Assembly: GCA_964651825.1 (NCBI GenBank)
Contig: CAZYWK010000003.1
Span: forward strand, 12,143-76,142
Direction: 5' to 3'
DNA length: 64,000 bases
From: an uncultured Ilumatobacteraceae bacterium
Lineage (GTDB): Bacteria > Actinomycetota > Acidimicrobiia > Acidimicrobiales > Ilumatobacteraceae
Below are positions 39,634 through 48,888 of the stretch, one piece after another. Each line of letters opens with the position of its first letter. Within the stretch, counting starts at the first letter, position 1. A model generated the notes under the pieces. That model did not search any database and was not told where the DNA came from. It was given only the letters and a program-made list of their open reading frames with translations. The position numbers were made by a program, and so were the translations under genes.

Positions 39634-40307
39634 GCCTGCCGACGGCGAGCGAACTGGCCGACCGCCTCGCCGCGGTGCGCGCCGCGGTCGAGCAGGTCGA
39701 GCGCCCGTGGACGCATCCCGTCGCGATCGTCGCGGTCACGAAGGGCTTCGGCCCCGAAGCGATCGAGCTCGCCGTCGAGGCGGGCTGCACGGCGGTGGGG
39801 GAGAACTACGCGCAGGAGCTGGTCGCCAAGCGCGGGGCGATCGAGAGCGCCCGCGCCGAGCACCCGGTCGAGGTGCACTTCATCGGCCACCTGCAGAGCA
39901 ACAAGGTGCGACAGATCGCGGGACTGGTCGATCTCTGGGAGACGATCGACCGCTCGTCGATCGCCACCGAGATCGCTCGCCGCCGTCCGGGCGGACGGGT
40001 GCTCGTCCAGGTCAACGCCACTCGCGAGGACTCGAAGTCGGGGTGCGCTCCCGCCGACGTCGCCGCGCTCGTGGCCGACGTGCGGGGGCTGGGCCTCGAC
40101 GTTGCCGGGCTGATGACGATCGGGCCGACCGATGGTCACGTCGGGCGCGCCCGGGCGGCCTTCGAGCGCACCCGCGCACTGGTCGACGAGCTCGGCCTCG
40201 AGGTGTGCTCGATGGGCATGAGCGGCGACTACGAACTCGCTGTCGCCTGCGGCTCCACCCAGCTCCGCCTCGGCAGCGCCCTCCTCGGCCCCCGCCCACC
40301 CCGCTGA
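39630..40307 (+). CDS. yggS: YggS-family pyridoxal-phosphate homeostasis protein
   Basis: 225 aa. AVTKGF (PLP lysine) and HFIGHLQSNK motifs. Confidence 0.9.
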   Translation: MSLPTASELADRLAAVRAAVEQVERPWTHPVAIVAVTKGFGPEAIELAVEAGCTAVGENYAQELVAKRGAIESARAEHPVEVHFIGHLQSNKVRQIAGLVDLWETIDRSSIATEIARRRPGGRVLVQVNATREDSKSGCAPADVAALVADVRGLGLDVAGLMTIGPTDGHVGRARAAFERTRALVDELGLEVCSMGMSGDYELAVACGSTQLRLGSALLGPRPPR

Positions 40308-40343
40308 CCCGCCCACCTGCCGACTCCGACCGGTCCCGGGTTG

Positions 40344-40453
40344 TTTGGGGCAGCCTTTCGGCCGACCCGTCGGCAGGTCGGCTGCCAGAAATCGGCACGA
40401 CCGGATTTGTGGCAGACATCGGCCTGCCGGGTCGGCCGAATGGCTGCCACAAA
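40344..40453. repeat. doublet B of the 48-nt hairpin repeat (40344-40391 forward, 40406-40453 inverted, 14-nt spacer)
   Basis: The reverse complement of unit B2 matches the first 26 nt of unit C2 exactly (TTTGTGGCAGCCATTCGGCCGACCCG). Confidence 0.85.
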
Positions 40454-40461
40454 GTTCGGTG

Positions 40462-41391
40462 TCACGCGGCGAGTCCGAGGGCTTGCCGGGTTGTCGCGAG
40501 CACGAGTGCAGGCCCGGTGGTGACCTGTTCGTAGGTGAACTGGTACGGCAGGAAGCCCTTGGCGAGCAATGCGTTGTACCGGGCGGCGTCGTTGCTCATC
40601 TGGCCCGGGGTGCGATGGAACCGGTAGCCGAGCAGTTCCACGACGACTCGGCTGTTCGGGAACCGGCAGTCGACGCGGACGAGCCGATCGCCCGCCTTCG
40701 TCATCACCACCTGGGTGTCGGGACGGGGCAGTCCGGCGCCAGCGAGGAGGCGTAGATACTCGCGCTCGAGCCAACTCTGCCCGCCGCGGGCCACCTCGTT
40801 GCCGACGAGCACATCGACAAGTGCGGGGACGCCGTGACGTCCGCTGGACCGCAGCGCTGCGATACGGCGGTGGACGAGATCCTCGGACACCAGGCGATCA
40901 CGAATCGCGCTGTCGAGGCAGGTGCTGAGCTCGTCTGCTCCGACGACGCGAGCCAGCTCGATCAACGTCCGCACGGCGCTCGTCACCGGGAGGCCTTCGA
41001 TCTCGCAGGAATCGATCGGATCGATACGGCTCGAGCGATGGACGCGCACGCCCTGTCGCGTCAGGTGACGCTCGCGCGGGAGCAGCACGTGAAACGGCCG
41101 GCGCAACGTGTAGCCGTCGAAGCCGAGTAGTGCCGCGGCGGTCTGCCCGGTGACCCAGACCGGCGCACCCACATCGAGCACGAGCCCGCGGAGTTCGACG
41201 ATCGGCGTCGTCGGTGCCAAGGCACTGCGGAATGCGTTCGGACCTACCTGCTGGAGGACGCCGCTCTGGACTCGGCGTCGAAGTTGGCGATCGGACACCC
41301 CTGCGTCGTGTGCTTCACGACGGGAGAACGATGCCAACTGACCTGTCGCAATCCGCGCGATGCGCTGATCGGGAGTGGTCATGATGGCCAT
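40462..41391 (-). CDS. AbiEi-N-like / DUF559 (Vsr-like endonuclease fold) domain protein
   Basis: 309 aa. N-terminus ATGQLASFSRREAHDAGVSDRQLRRRVQSGVL and C-terminus WLEREYLRLLAGAGLPRPDTQ...VDCRFPNSRVVVELLGYRFH. It is the only minus-strand gene between 22080 and 48838. Confidence 0.75.
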   Translation of the reverse strand: MAIMTTPDQRIARIATGQLASFSRREAHDAGVSDRQLRRRVQSGVLQQVGPNAFRSALAPTTPIVELRGLVLDVGAPVWVTGQTAAALLGFDGYTLRRPFHVLLPRERHLTRQGVRVHRSSRIDPIDSCEIEGLPVTSAVRTLIELARVVGADELSTCLDSAIRDRLVSEDLVHRRIAALRSSGRHGVPALVDVLVGNEVARGGQSWLEREYLRLLAGAGLPRPDTQVVMTKAGDRLVRVDCRFPNSRVVVELLGYRFHRTPGQMSNDAARYNALLAKGFLPYQFTYEQVTTGPALVLATTRQALGLAA

Positions 41392-41467
41392 CCAAGTCGA
41401 GGGGTGTGACACCGCGACCGACAGCCAGCCATCCGCCGTTCGGATCCTGGTACCGGACTCCCGGCGG

Positions 41468-41577
41468 TTTGTGGCAGCCATTCGGCCAACCCGTGGGCAG
41501 ATCGGCTGCCCGAGAATGGTGGTCGACGATTTGTGGCAGCCATTCGGCCGACCCGTGGGCAGATCGGCTGTCACAAA
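41468..41577. repeat. doublet C of the 48-nt hairpin repeat (41468-41515 and 41530-41577, 14-nt spacer)
   Basis: Units C1 and C2 are nearly identical. C2 is TTTGTGGCAGCCATTCGGCCGACCCGTGGGCAGATCGGCTGTCACAAA. Confidence 0.9.
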
Positions 41578-41667
41578 CCACGCGGCCCAGGCCGACCGAA
41601 GTGAGGGGATTGCTGTCCACTGCGGAGGGGGAATGGTCGACTAACCTCCCGCACGCAGGAGGATTGC

Positions 41668-42255
41668 ATGTCACTCTGGAAACGGACCATGGACTATCTC
41701 GGTCTCGGTCCCGACGACGCGTACGACGATTACGACGGCTATGACGAGCCGGAGCCGCCACGTCAGACGCGCGCGCCGCGTGACGCCGACCCCCGCTCGC
41801 AGCGTGGGTGGGAGCCCGAGCCCGAACCGACCGTGCGCACCGTGTCGGCGCGCCCGAGCTTTCCGAGCAAGGACTTCGATGCCTCCCCGTCTCGCCGCAG
41901 CGCCCAGCCGGCGGCCAATCGCGGTGACGATTCCGGTGTCCAGATCCGTCCGAATCAGAGTCAGCAGCCGCAACCGCCGCTGCGCAGCGTCCCTGGAGGC
42001 AACATGGAGCCCTCGACCGTGCGGCCCCGTCGCTTCGACCAGGCCCAGGAAGTGGCCGACAAGTTCAAAGACGGCCAACCGGTCATCATGAACCTCGAGG
42101 GCACCGAGCGCGAGGTGGCCCGCCGGCTGATCGACTTCGCCAGCGGCATCTGCTACGCGCTCGACGGTTCGATGGAGAAGGTGGCCACCGGCGTGTACCT
42201 GCTCAAGCCCCCCAGTGCTCCCCGCCCGTCGCGTTACGACGATGGCGATGAGTGA
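41668..42255 (+). CDS. sepF: cell division protein SepF
   Basis: 195 aa. MSLWKRTMDYLGL N-terminus and a conserved C-terminal domain (QPVIMNLEG...FASGICYALDGSMEKV). AGGAGG Shine-Dalgarno upstream. Confidence 0.9.
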   Translation: MSLWKRTMDYLGLGPDDAYDDYDGYDEPEPPRQTRAPRDADPRSQRGWEPEPEPTVRTVSARPSFPSKDFDASPSRRSAQPAANRGDDSGVQIRPNQSQQPQPPLRSVPGGNMEPSTVRPRRFDQAQEVADKFKDGQPVIMNLEGTEREVARRLIDFASGICYALDGSMEKVATGVYLLKPPSAPRPSRYDDGDE

Positions 42256-42294
42256 CCGCCGCGGGTACCAACGTTCCACCACGGAGGCAGAGCC

Positions 42295-43332
42295 ATGGAG
42301 ATGAGTCCGCAGCGGGTTCGCACCGCTGAGTTCAAGACCGTTCGCAAGGGCGCCGACCTCGACGAGGTGCGCACGTTCCTCAACGATGTCGCCGACGAGC
42401 TCGAACGCGCCCAGAACCAATCGACGGCGATGGAGGCGCGGGCCCGCGCAGCGGTCGCTCGCCTGCAGGAGATGTCCGAGGGGCAGCCGGCGGCTGCCGC
42501 CCCGCTGGCGGCGCCGATCGAAGCCCCGCCCGAATCGGTCACGGTGCCGGCGGAGCAGTCCGACGCGATCAGCCGCACGCTCGTGCTCGCGCAGCGCACG
42601 GCCGACTCCCTCATCGCCGAAGCCAAAGCTGAAGCAGCCCGCGTCGTCGGCACCGCCAACAACGAAGCAGCAGCGACCCGCGACTCGACCCGTGAGATGG
42701 CCGCCACCATGCTCGACGAGGCGCGCGAGGAGGCACGACGCGTCGGCGAAGCCGAGCGGCTGGCCATCGCCAGCGAGGTCGATTCGCTGAAGGCGCGACG
42801 CGACTTCCTCGAGTCCGACGTCGACCACCTCGAGCAGTTCCTGGTCGCCCAGCGCAGCCGGATCCGCGACGCCGCCGCCGAACTGATCGAGGTCACCGAC
42901 CGGGTTCCCGGCGGCCTCGGCGACGCGAGGCGCCCGCTGCTGTCGGCCTCCGACGACCCGACACCGTCCGGTGGATCAGCGCAATCCGCTGAGCAGGTCG
43001 AGATCGTCGAGCTCACACCGGCCGCCGACGACCTCGGGGGTGGCGATCCCACCGAGGCGCTCGACCTCGTGGTCGTCACCGAGATCGACGAGGTCACCGA
43101 GCCCGCCGAGCCGGGTCCCGCGTCGGCCGAGCCACCCCGTGACGAGCCGGACACGAACGACGACGGACCACGCTTCGGGCTCGATGACGACCAGCCCGGC
43201 GACGGCGACCCCACTCCCGTCGGGGGTGGCTTCGGCGGGCTCGAACCCGAGCGCCCCCCGGCCGCCGACGACGACGACGGCTTCCGTTTCACGTTCGACG
43301 ACACCGACAACCCCAACCGCCCGAAGGGCTGA
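42295..43332 (+). CDS. divIVA: DivIVA-domain protein (Wag31-like)
   Basis: 345 aa. FKTVRKGADLDEVRTFLNDVADELE N-terminal DivIVA domain, then coiled coil and an acidic tail. Confidence 0.85.
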   Translation: MEMSPQRVRTAEFKTVRKGADLDEVRTFLNDVADELERAQNQSTAMEARARAAVARLQEMSEGQPAAAAPLAAPIEAPPESVTVPAEQSDAISRTLVLAQRTADSLIAEAKAEAARVVGTANNEAAATRDSTREMAATMLDEAREEARRVGEAERLAIASEVDSLKARRDFLESDVDHLEQFLVAQRSRIRDAAAELIEVTDRVPGGLGDARRPLLSASDDPTPSGGSAQSAEQVEIVELTPAADDLGGGDPTEALDLVVVTEIDEVTEPAEPGPASAEPPRDEPDTNDDGPRFGLDDDQPGDGDPTPVGGGFGGLEPERPPAADDDDGFRFTFDDTDNPNRPKG

Positions 43333-43409
43333 ATCGGCCGGCTCCGGCCAACGCACAACCGGGTCGAACCTCCAACCGAGGCCGCGAGTCGCGTCGGTAG
43401 CATCGAGGC

Positions 43410-46400
43410 GTGTCCTACCCAGCTGTCGATCCCAAGCCGAACTTCCCCGCGCTGGAAGAAGACGTGCTGGCCATCTGGCGCAAGGAGTCGACGTTCGAAC
43501 GCTCCGTCGAGCAACGTGACGCCGGGCCGAACGGCGACAACGAGTTCGTGTTCTACGACGGTCCGCCGTTCGCCAACGGCCTGCCGCACTACGGACACCT
43601 GCTCACCGGGTTCGTCAAGGACGCCATCCCGCGCTATCAGACCATGAAGGGGCGCCGCGTCGAGCGGCGATTCGGGTGGGACTGTCATGGCCTGCCCGCC
43701 GAGGTGAAGGTCGAACAAGAGCTGGGCATCTCCGGCCACCCCGAGATCACCGCGTTCGGCATCGACAAGTTCAACGATGCCTGCCGGTCGAGCGTGCTCC
43801 AGTTCACCAACGAGTGGCGTGACTACGTCACCCGCCAGGCCCGCTGGGTCGACTTCGACAACGACTACAAGACCCTCGACCTCTCCTACATGGAGAGCGT
43901 CATGTGGGCCTTCAAGACCCTGTGGGACAAGGGCCTCATCTACGAAGGCTTCCGTGTGCTCGCCTACTGCTGGCGCTGCGAGACACCGCTCAGCAACACC
44001 GAGACCCGCATGGACGACACCTACCGTGACCGGCAGGATCCGGCGCTCACCGTCGCTTTCGAGCTCGAGACCGGCGAGCGCCTGCTCGCCTGGACCACCA
44101 CACCCTGGACGTTGCCGTCGAACCTCGCGCTCGCCGTCGGCCCGGACATCGACTACGCCGTCGTCGAGCTCGACGGCACCCGCTACGTGCTGGCCGAGGC
44201 ACTGCTCGGCGCATATGGGGCAGAGCTCGGCGAGGCGACCCGCGTCGGCACGCTGAAGGGCTCCGAGCTCGTCGGGCGTCGCTACACCCCGCTGTTCGAC
44301 TTCTTCGCCGACACCGGCAAGTGGGGCACTGAACGGGCGTTTCAGGTGCTGGCCGGCGACTTCGTGTCGATCGAGGACGGCACCGGCGTGGTCCACATGG
44401 CACCCGGCTTCGGCGAGGACGACCAGGTCGTCTCCAACGCCGCCGGCATCCCGACGATCTGCCCGATGGACGAACACGGCCAGTACACCGCCGACGTTGC
44501 GCCGTGGGCGGGCACCCACGTCTTCGACGCCAACGCGCTCGTGACCCGCGAGCTGAAAGAGCGTGGCGTCGTGCTGCGCCATGCCACCTACGACCACTCG
44601 TACCCGCACTGCTGGCGCTGTGCGCAGCCGCTCGTGTACCGGGCGATCTCGTCGTGGTTCGTCAAGGTCACCGAGTTCCGTGACCGCATGGTCGAGCTGA
44701 ACCAGCAGATCACCTGGCAGCCGGCCCACATCAAGGACGGCAGCTTCGGCAAGTGGCTGGAGAACGCCCGCGACTGGTCGATCAGCCGCAACCGGTTCTG
44801 GGGCTCGCCGATCCCGGTCTGGCAGTCCGACGACCCGAACCACCCCCGCATCGACGTGTACGGCTCGCTCGCCGAGCTGGAAGCCGACTTCGGCGTGGCC
44901 GTCACCGACCTGCACCGGCCGTTCGTCGACAACCTGACGCGCCCGAACCCCGACGACCCGACCGGCAAGTCGATGATGCGCCGCGTTCCCGAGGTGCTCG
45001 ACTGCTGGTTCGAGTCGGGTTCGATGCCGTTCGCCCAGGTGCACTACCCGTTCGAGAACACCGAATGGTTCGAGCACCACTATCCGGGCGACTTCATCGT
45101 CGAGTACATCGCCCAGACCCGCGGCTGGTTCTACACGCTGCACGTCCTCGCCACCGCCCTCTTCGACCGTCCCAGCTTCTCCTCGTGCGTCAGCCACGGC
45201 ATCGTGCTCGGCGACGACGGACAGAAGATGTCCAAGAGCCTCAACAACTACCCCGATCCCCGGGCGATGTTCGATGCCTACGGTGCCGATGCGATGCGCT
45301 GGCACCTCCTGTCGTCGTCGATCCTGCGCGGCAACGATGCCATGGTGACCGAGGCCGGCATCCGCGACACGGTGCGCCACGTGATGCTGCCGCTGTGGAA
45401 CTCGTGGTACTTCCTCGCGCTGTACGCCAACGCCGGTGGTCATCGCGGCGTGATCCGTACCGATTCGGCCAACTCGCTCGATCAGTACGTGCTGTCGAAG
45501 ACCCGCGGCCTCGTCAGCGACGTCACCGACGCGATGGACGCGTACGACCTGTTCGGCGCCTGCCAGCACGTACGCGTGTACATCGATGCACTCACCAACT
45601 GGTACGTGCGGCGCAGCCGCTCGCGCTTCTGGCAGGGCGACCACGACGCCATCGACACGATGCACACGGTGCTCGACGTGGTGACACGGCTGCTCGCACC
45701 GCTGTTGCCGCTCGTGTCGGAGTCGATCTACCGGGGCATGCACGACAACGCCGACAGCGTTCACCTGACCGACTGGCCGACGGTCGACGAGCTGCCCGCG
45801 TTCGACGATCTCGTCGACACGATGGACCTCGTGCGCGACGTGTGTTCGGCCACACTGTCGGTCCGCAAGGCACAAGGGCGGCGGGTTCGCCTGCCGTTGC
45901 AGTCGGTCACCGTCGCGGCCCCCGATTCCGAGCGGCTGCGCGACTTCCTCGACGTGATCGCCGACGAGGTGAACGTCCGCAGCGTCGAGCTCACCACCGA
46001 CCTCAGTGCGGTGGCCGACGAGCAGCTCCAGCTGGTGCCGGCAAAGCTCGGCCCGCGCCTCGGCAAGGACGTCCAATCGGTGATCAAGGCCCACAAGGCC
46101 GGCGACTGGACCAACACCGGCGGTGTCGTCACCGTTGGCGGCCACGTGCTGGAGGACGGCGAGTACCGCCTCGATCTCGTCGCCGCCGACGACCGCGCCA
46201 GCGCTGGTCTGGCGAACCGGGCCGGGGTGGTCGCGCTCGACATCGACGTGACCGACGAGCTCGAGCGTGAGGGCGTCGCCCGCGACCTCGTCCGGCTCGT
46301 CCAACAGGCCCGGCGCGAGGCCGGCCTCGAGGTGTCCGACCGGATCGCGCTCCACATCACCGGCTCGCCGTCGTGGATCGACGCCGCCGAGGCACACCGC

Positions 46401-46505
46401 CAGATGCTCATGGACGAGACGCTCACGACCGACCTGCAGCTCGCCGTGGGAGCCCATGCCGGCGGCGACGAGGAACCGGCGATCGTCGTGCGACGCATCG
46501 GCTGA
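43410..46505 (+). CDS. ileS: isoleucine-tRNA ligase
   Basis: 1031 aa. HIGH-type motif PHYGH, KMSKS, and a CP1 editing domain. Confidence 0.97.
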   Translation: MSYPAVDPKPNFPALEEDVLAIWRKESTFERSVEQRDAGPNGDNEFVFYDGPPFANGLPHYGHLLTGFVKDAIPRYQTMKGRRVERRFGWDCHGLPAEVKVEQELGISGHPEITAFGIDKFNDACRSSVLQFTNEWRDYVTRQARWVDFDNDYKTLDLSYMESVMWAFKTLWDKGLIYEGFRVLAYCWRCETPLSNTETRMDDTYRDRQDPALTVAFELETGERLLAWTTTPWTLPSNLALAVGPDIDYAVVELDGTRYVLAEALLGAYGAELGEATRVGTLKGSELVGRRYTPLFDFFADTGKWGTERAFQVLAGDFVSIEDGTGVVHMAPGFGEDDQVVSNAAGIPTICPMDEHGQYTADVAPWAGTHVFDANALVTRELKERGVVLRHATYDHSYPHCWRCAQPLVYRAISSWFVKVTEFRDRMVELNQQITWQPAHIKDGSFGKWLENARDWSISRNRFWGSPIPVWQSDDPNHPRIDVYGSLAELEADFGVAVTDLHRPFVDNLTRPNPDDPTGKSMMRRVPEVLDCWFESGSMPFAQVHYPFENTEWFEHHYPGDFIVEYIAQTRGWFYTLHVLATALFDRPSFSSCVSHGIVLGDDGQKMSKSLNNYPDPRAMFDAYGADAMRWHLLSSSILRGNDAMVTEAGIRDTVRHVMLPLWNSWYFLALYANAGGHRGVIRTDSANSLDQYVLSKTRGLVSDVTDAMDAYDLFGACQHVRVYIDALTNWYVRRSRSRFWQGDHDAIDTMHTVLDVVTRLLAPLLPLVSESIYRGMHDNADSVHLTDWPTVDELPAFDDLVDTMDLVRDVCSATLSVRKAQGRRVRLPLQSVTVAAPDSERLRDFLDVIADEVNVRSVELTTDLSAVADEQLQLVPAKLGPRLGKDVQSVIKAHKAGDWTNTGGVVTVGGHVLEDGEYRLDLVAADDRASAGLANRAGVVALDIDVTDELEREGVARDLVRLVQQARREAGLEVSDRIALHITGSPSWIDAAEAHRQMLMDETLTTDLQLAVGAHAGGDEEPAIVVRRIG

Positions 46506-46549
46506 CGCGCCCGGTAGAGTCCGGCGCTCAACTGCCGGGAGGGAAGCGT

Positions 46550-47392
46550 ATGGCCGCATCGAAGAAGCCGAGTCCTGCTCCGACCAAGAAGGCGACGGCA
46601 CCCGCAACCAAGCGTCCGCCCGCCGCCAAGCAGCTCGTGACGACGGCCAAGCCGGCCGCGGCGCGCAAGTCGACCCCGGCCCGCAAGACAGCATCCACGA
46701 AGTCGGCCACCCCGAAGAAGGCGGCCCCGAGCAAGGCGACAGCCACGAAAGCCACGACGACAAAGATGAACCAGACTGCGGCGAAGAAGCCGGCCCCCAA
46801 GGCTGCGACGACGAGCACGACGAAGACCCCAGCAACCACCACTCCGGCCGCATCCGCGACGGCAGCGGAGAAGAAGGCACCCGCCAAGAAGACCGTGGCC
46901 CGCCCGGTCCGGCCCCCGTCACCTGACACACCGGCGCTCCTGTCGAACTACCGGCCCGATCGTCTCGAGATCCCGGCGCCGCGCGGCACGTCCAAGGACG
47001 GCATCACCTACACGAAGGACTTCGACGTGAAGTTCCTCAAGGCGCAGCGCGACGAGCTCCTCGACCGCCGGGCATCGGAGCTGGCACGCGCGACCCGCCT
47101 CGAAGACGAGGCGACCAGCCTCATCGAAGACGGCGAGATGGGCGACGTCCAGTTCGACGACGAGGGCGGCGAGGGCGACACGATGGTCGTACAGCGCGAC
47201 CTCGACCGCGTCCTGTCGACCCAGGCGCGACAGACGATCGAAGACATCGACGCCGCGCTCGCCCGCATCGAGGTCGGAACCTACGGGTACTCGGAGGTGT
47301 CGGGTCAGCCGATCCCGCGCGAGCGCCTCGAAGCGTTGCCGGAGACGACCGTCCTCGCCGCCGAGAAGGTCAGCGGCATCGGCCTGCGCTGA
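46550..47392 (+). CDS. DksA/TraR-like protein lacking the Cys4 zinc finger, with a Lys/Ala/Thr/Pro-rich N-terminal tail
   Basis: 280 aa from the ATG preceded by GGGAGGGA. C-terminal coiled coil plus IEVGTYGYSEVSGQPIPRERLEALPET. Lies between ileS and lspA, as in other actinobacteria. Confidence 0.6.
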   Translation: MAASKKPSPAPTKKATAPATKRPPAAKQLVTTAKPAAARKSTPARKTASTKSATPKKAAPSKATATKATTTKMNQTAAKKPAPKAATTSTTKTPATTTPAASATAAEKKAPAKKTVARPVRPPSPDTPALLSNYRPDRLEIPAPRGTSKDGITYTKDFDVKFLKAQRDELLDRRASELARATRLEDEATSLIEDGEMGDVQFDDEGGEGDTMVVQRDLDRVLSTQARQTIEDIDAALARIEVGTYGYSEVSGQPIPRERLEALPETTVLAAEKVSGIGLR

Positions 47393-47417
47393 TGGCTGGC
47401 GTCGGGCGCAACCCACC

Positions 47418-47924
47418 ATGACCCTGGCCCGCTCGTGGCGGGCGCCGATCTCGATCGCGGTCGTCGTGGTGTTGCTCGACCAGGTGACCAAGCACTGGGC
47501 GGTCAACGAACTGTCCGACGGTCACGAGATCCACGTGATCTGGACGCTGCAGTTCAACCTCGCCTTCAACAGCGGGATGGCGTTCAGCCGCGGGCGCGGC
47601 CTCGGCCCGGTCATCGCCGTGGTGGCCACGCTCGTGATCGTGTGGCTGCTGCTCTCGTTGCGTTCGGGTGGCACCAAGTTGAGTCAGTTCGGTATGGGAT
47701 GCTTGATCGGTGGCGCGGCCGGCAACCTCATCGATCGCCTGTTCCGGGGTGACGCGTGGCTGCGGGGCTCCGTCGTCGACTTCATCGACTTCCAGTGGTT
47801 CCCGATCTTCAACGTCGCCGACATCGCCGTGAACGTCGGCGCGGCGTGCCTGATCCTGAACGCCGTGCTCGTCGCGCGCCACGACACCGGCACACACGAC
47901 ACCGGCACGGCGGACTCGACGTGA
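47418..47924 (+). CDS. lspA: lipoprotein signal peptidase II
   Basis: 168 aa. NSGMAFS and FNVADIAVNVGA motifs. Confidence 0.9.
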   Translation: MTLARSWRAPISIAVVVVLLDQVTKHWAVNELSDGHEIHVIWTLQFNLAFNSGMAFSRGRGLGPVIAVVATLVIVWLLLSLRSGGTKLSQFGMGCLIGGAAGNLIDRLFRGDAWLRGSVVDFIDFQWFPIFNVADIAVNVGAACLILNAVLVARHDTGTHDTGTADST

Positions 47925-48838
47925 TCCACGAGGTGGTGCCGGCGGCGCTCGACGGGCAGCGGCTCGACCGCATCGTCGCGTTGATCGCGGACGTCAGCCG
48001 CGCCGACGCCTCGACACTGATCGCCAGCGGCGGCGCCTGCGTCGACGGCGACGTGGCGCGATCGGGAAAGGTTCGCCTGACCGAAGGCCAACAGATCGAC
48101 ATCGATCCGTCGGCGCTCCCCACCGTCGAGCTCCCAGCCGCCGACGACACGGTCACGTTCGGCATCGTCCACGTCGACGACGAGATCATCGTGATCGACA
48201 AGCCCGCCGGGCTCGTGGTCCATCCCGGCGCGGGGAACGCGACCGGTACGCTCGTCAACGGCCTGCTGGCCCGGTTCCCTGAGATCGCCGGCGTCGGCGA
48301 GGAGAACCGGCCAGGCATCGTCCATCGTCTCGACGCCGGCAGCTCCGGCCTGCTCGTGGTGGCCCGCACGCAGGACGCGGCCGACGCGCTGATCGAGCAG
48401 TTCGCCGACCACAGCGCAACGCGCCGGTACGACGCGTTGGTGTGGGGTGTCCCGGAGGCTCCCCACGGCATCATCGATGCGCCGATCGGCCGTGACCGTG
48501 GCGACCCGCTCAAGATGGCGGTCGTGGCCAACGGCCGGTTCGCCCGCACCGACTATCGGGTCGTCGGCAGGTACTCGGCGCCGGCGTCGGTGTCGCGCCT
48601 CGAATGCCGGCTCGAGACCGGCCGTACCCACCAGATCAGGGTGCACCTGGCCTCGATCGGGCATCCGCTCGTCGGCGACCCCACCTACGCGCAGCGCCGG
48701 CCGATGCTCGGGCTCACCCGCCCGTTCCTGCATGCCGCCGAACTCGCCTTCGACCATCCCGTCACCGGCGACCGCGTCACGTTCCACAGTCCGCTGACCG
48801 CCGACCTCCAAGCCTGGCTCGACGCCGCAACGCCGTGA
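47921..48838 (+). CDS. rluD: RluA-family 23S rRNA pseudouridine synthase
   Basis: 305 aa from a GTGA overlap with the lspA stop. S4-like N-terminus and the HRLDAGSSGLLVVA catalytic motif. Confidence 0.85.
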   Translation: MIHEVVPAALDGQRLDRIVALIADVSRADASTLIASGGACVDGDVARSGKVRLTEGQQIDIDPSALPTVELPAADDTVTFGIVHVDDEIIVIDKPAGLVVHPGAGNATGTLVNGLLARFPEIAGVGEENRPGIVHRLDAGSSGLLVVARTQDAADALIEQFADHSATRRYDALVWGVPEAPHGIIDAPIGRDRGDPLKMAVVANGRFARTDYRVVGRYSAPASVSRLECRLETGRTHQIRVHLASIGHPLVGDPTYAQRRPMLGLTRPFLHAAELAFDHPVTGDRVTFHSPLTADLQAWLDAATP

Positions 48839-48849
48839 AACGCCTGGGA

Positions 48850-48888
48850 TCAGGCACCGGGCGTTTCGCCGAAACGCCCGGTGCCTGA
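48850..48888. terminator. perfect 18-bp stem, 3-nt loop hairpin between convergent rluD and the YdeP-like gene
   Basis: 48850-48867 is the exact reverse complement of 48871-48888. The hairpin spans the minus-strand gene's stop codon and its last 12 codons. Confidence 0.55.

Noticed and set aside
40344-41577. Repeat-flanked DUF559 unit as an IS element, integron cassette or MITE
   Set aside because: There is no transposase or integrase gene. No target-site duplication is visible at the outer junctions. There is no GTTRRRY-type attC core. I kept it as a finding but did not call it a mobile element.
43333-43409. T-box leader upstream of ileS, as known for some actinobacterial ileS genes
   Set aside because: The intergenic region is only 77 nt. 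I could not find the conserved T-box sequence (…GGGTGGTACCGCG-like) there or in the adjacent divIVA 3' end.
42234-46931. 1565-aa minus-strand ORF spanning divIVA, ileS and the dksA-like gene
   Set aside because: It is antisense to ileS, whose motifs (PHYGH, KMSKS) are unmistakable. Its translation is Arg/Ala/Ser/Pro-rich low-complexity sequence. This is the typical open antisense frame of high-G+C DNA.
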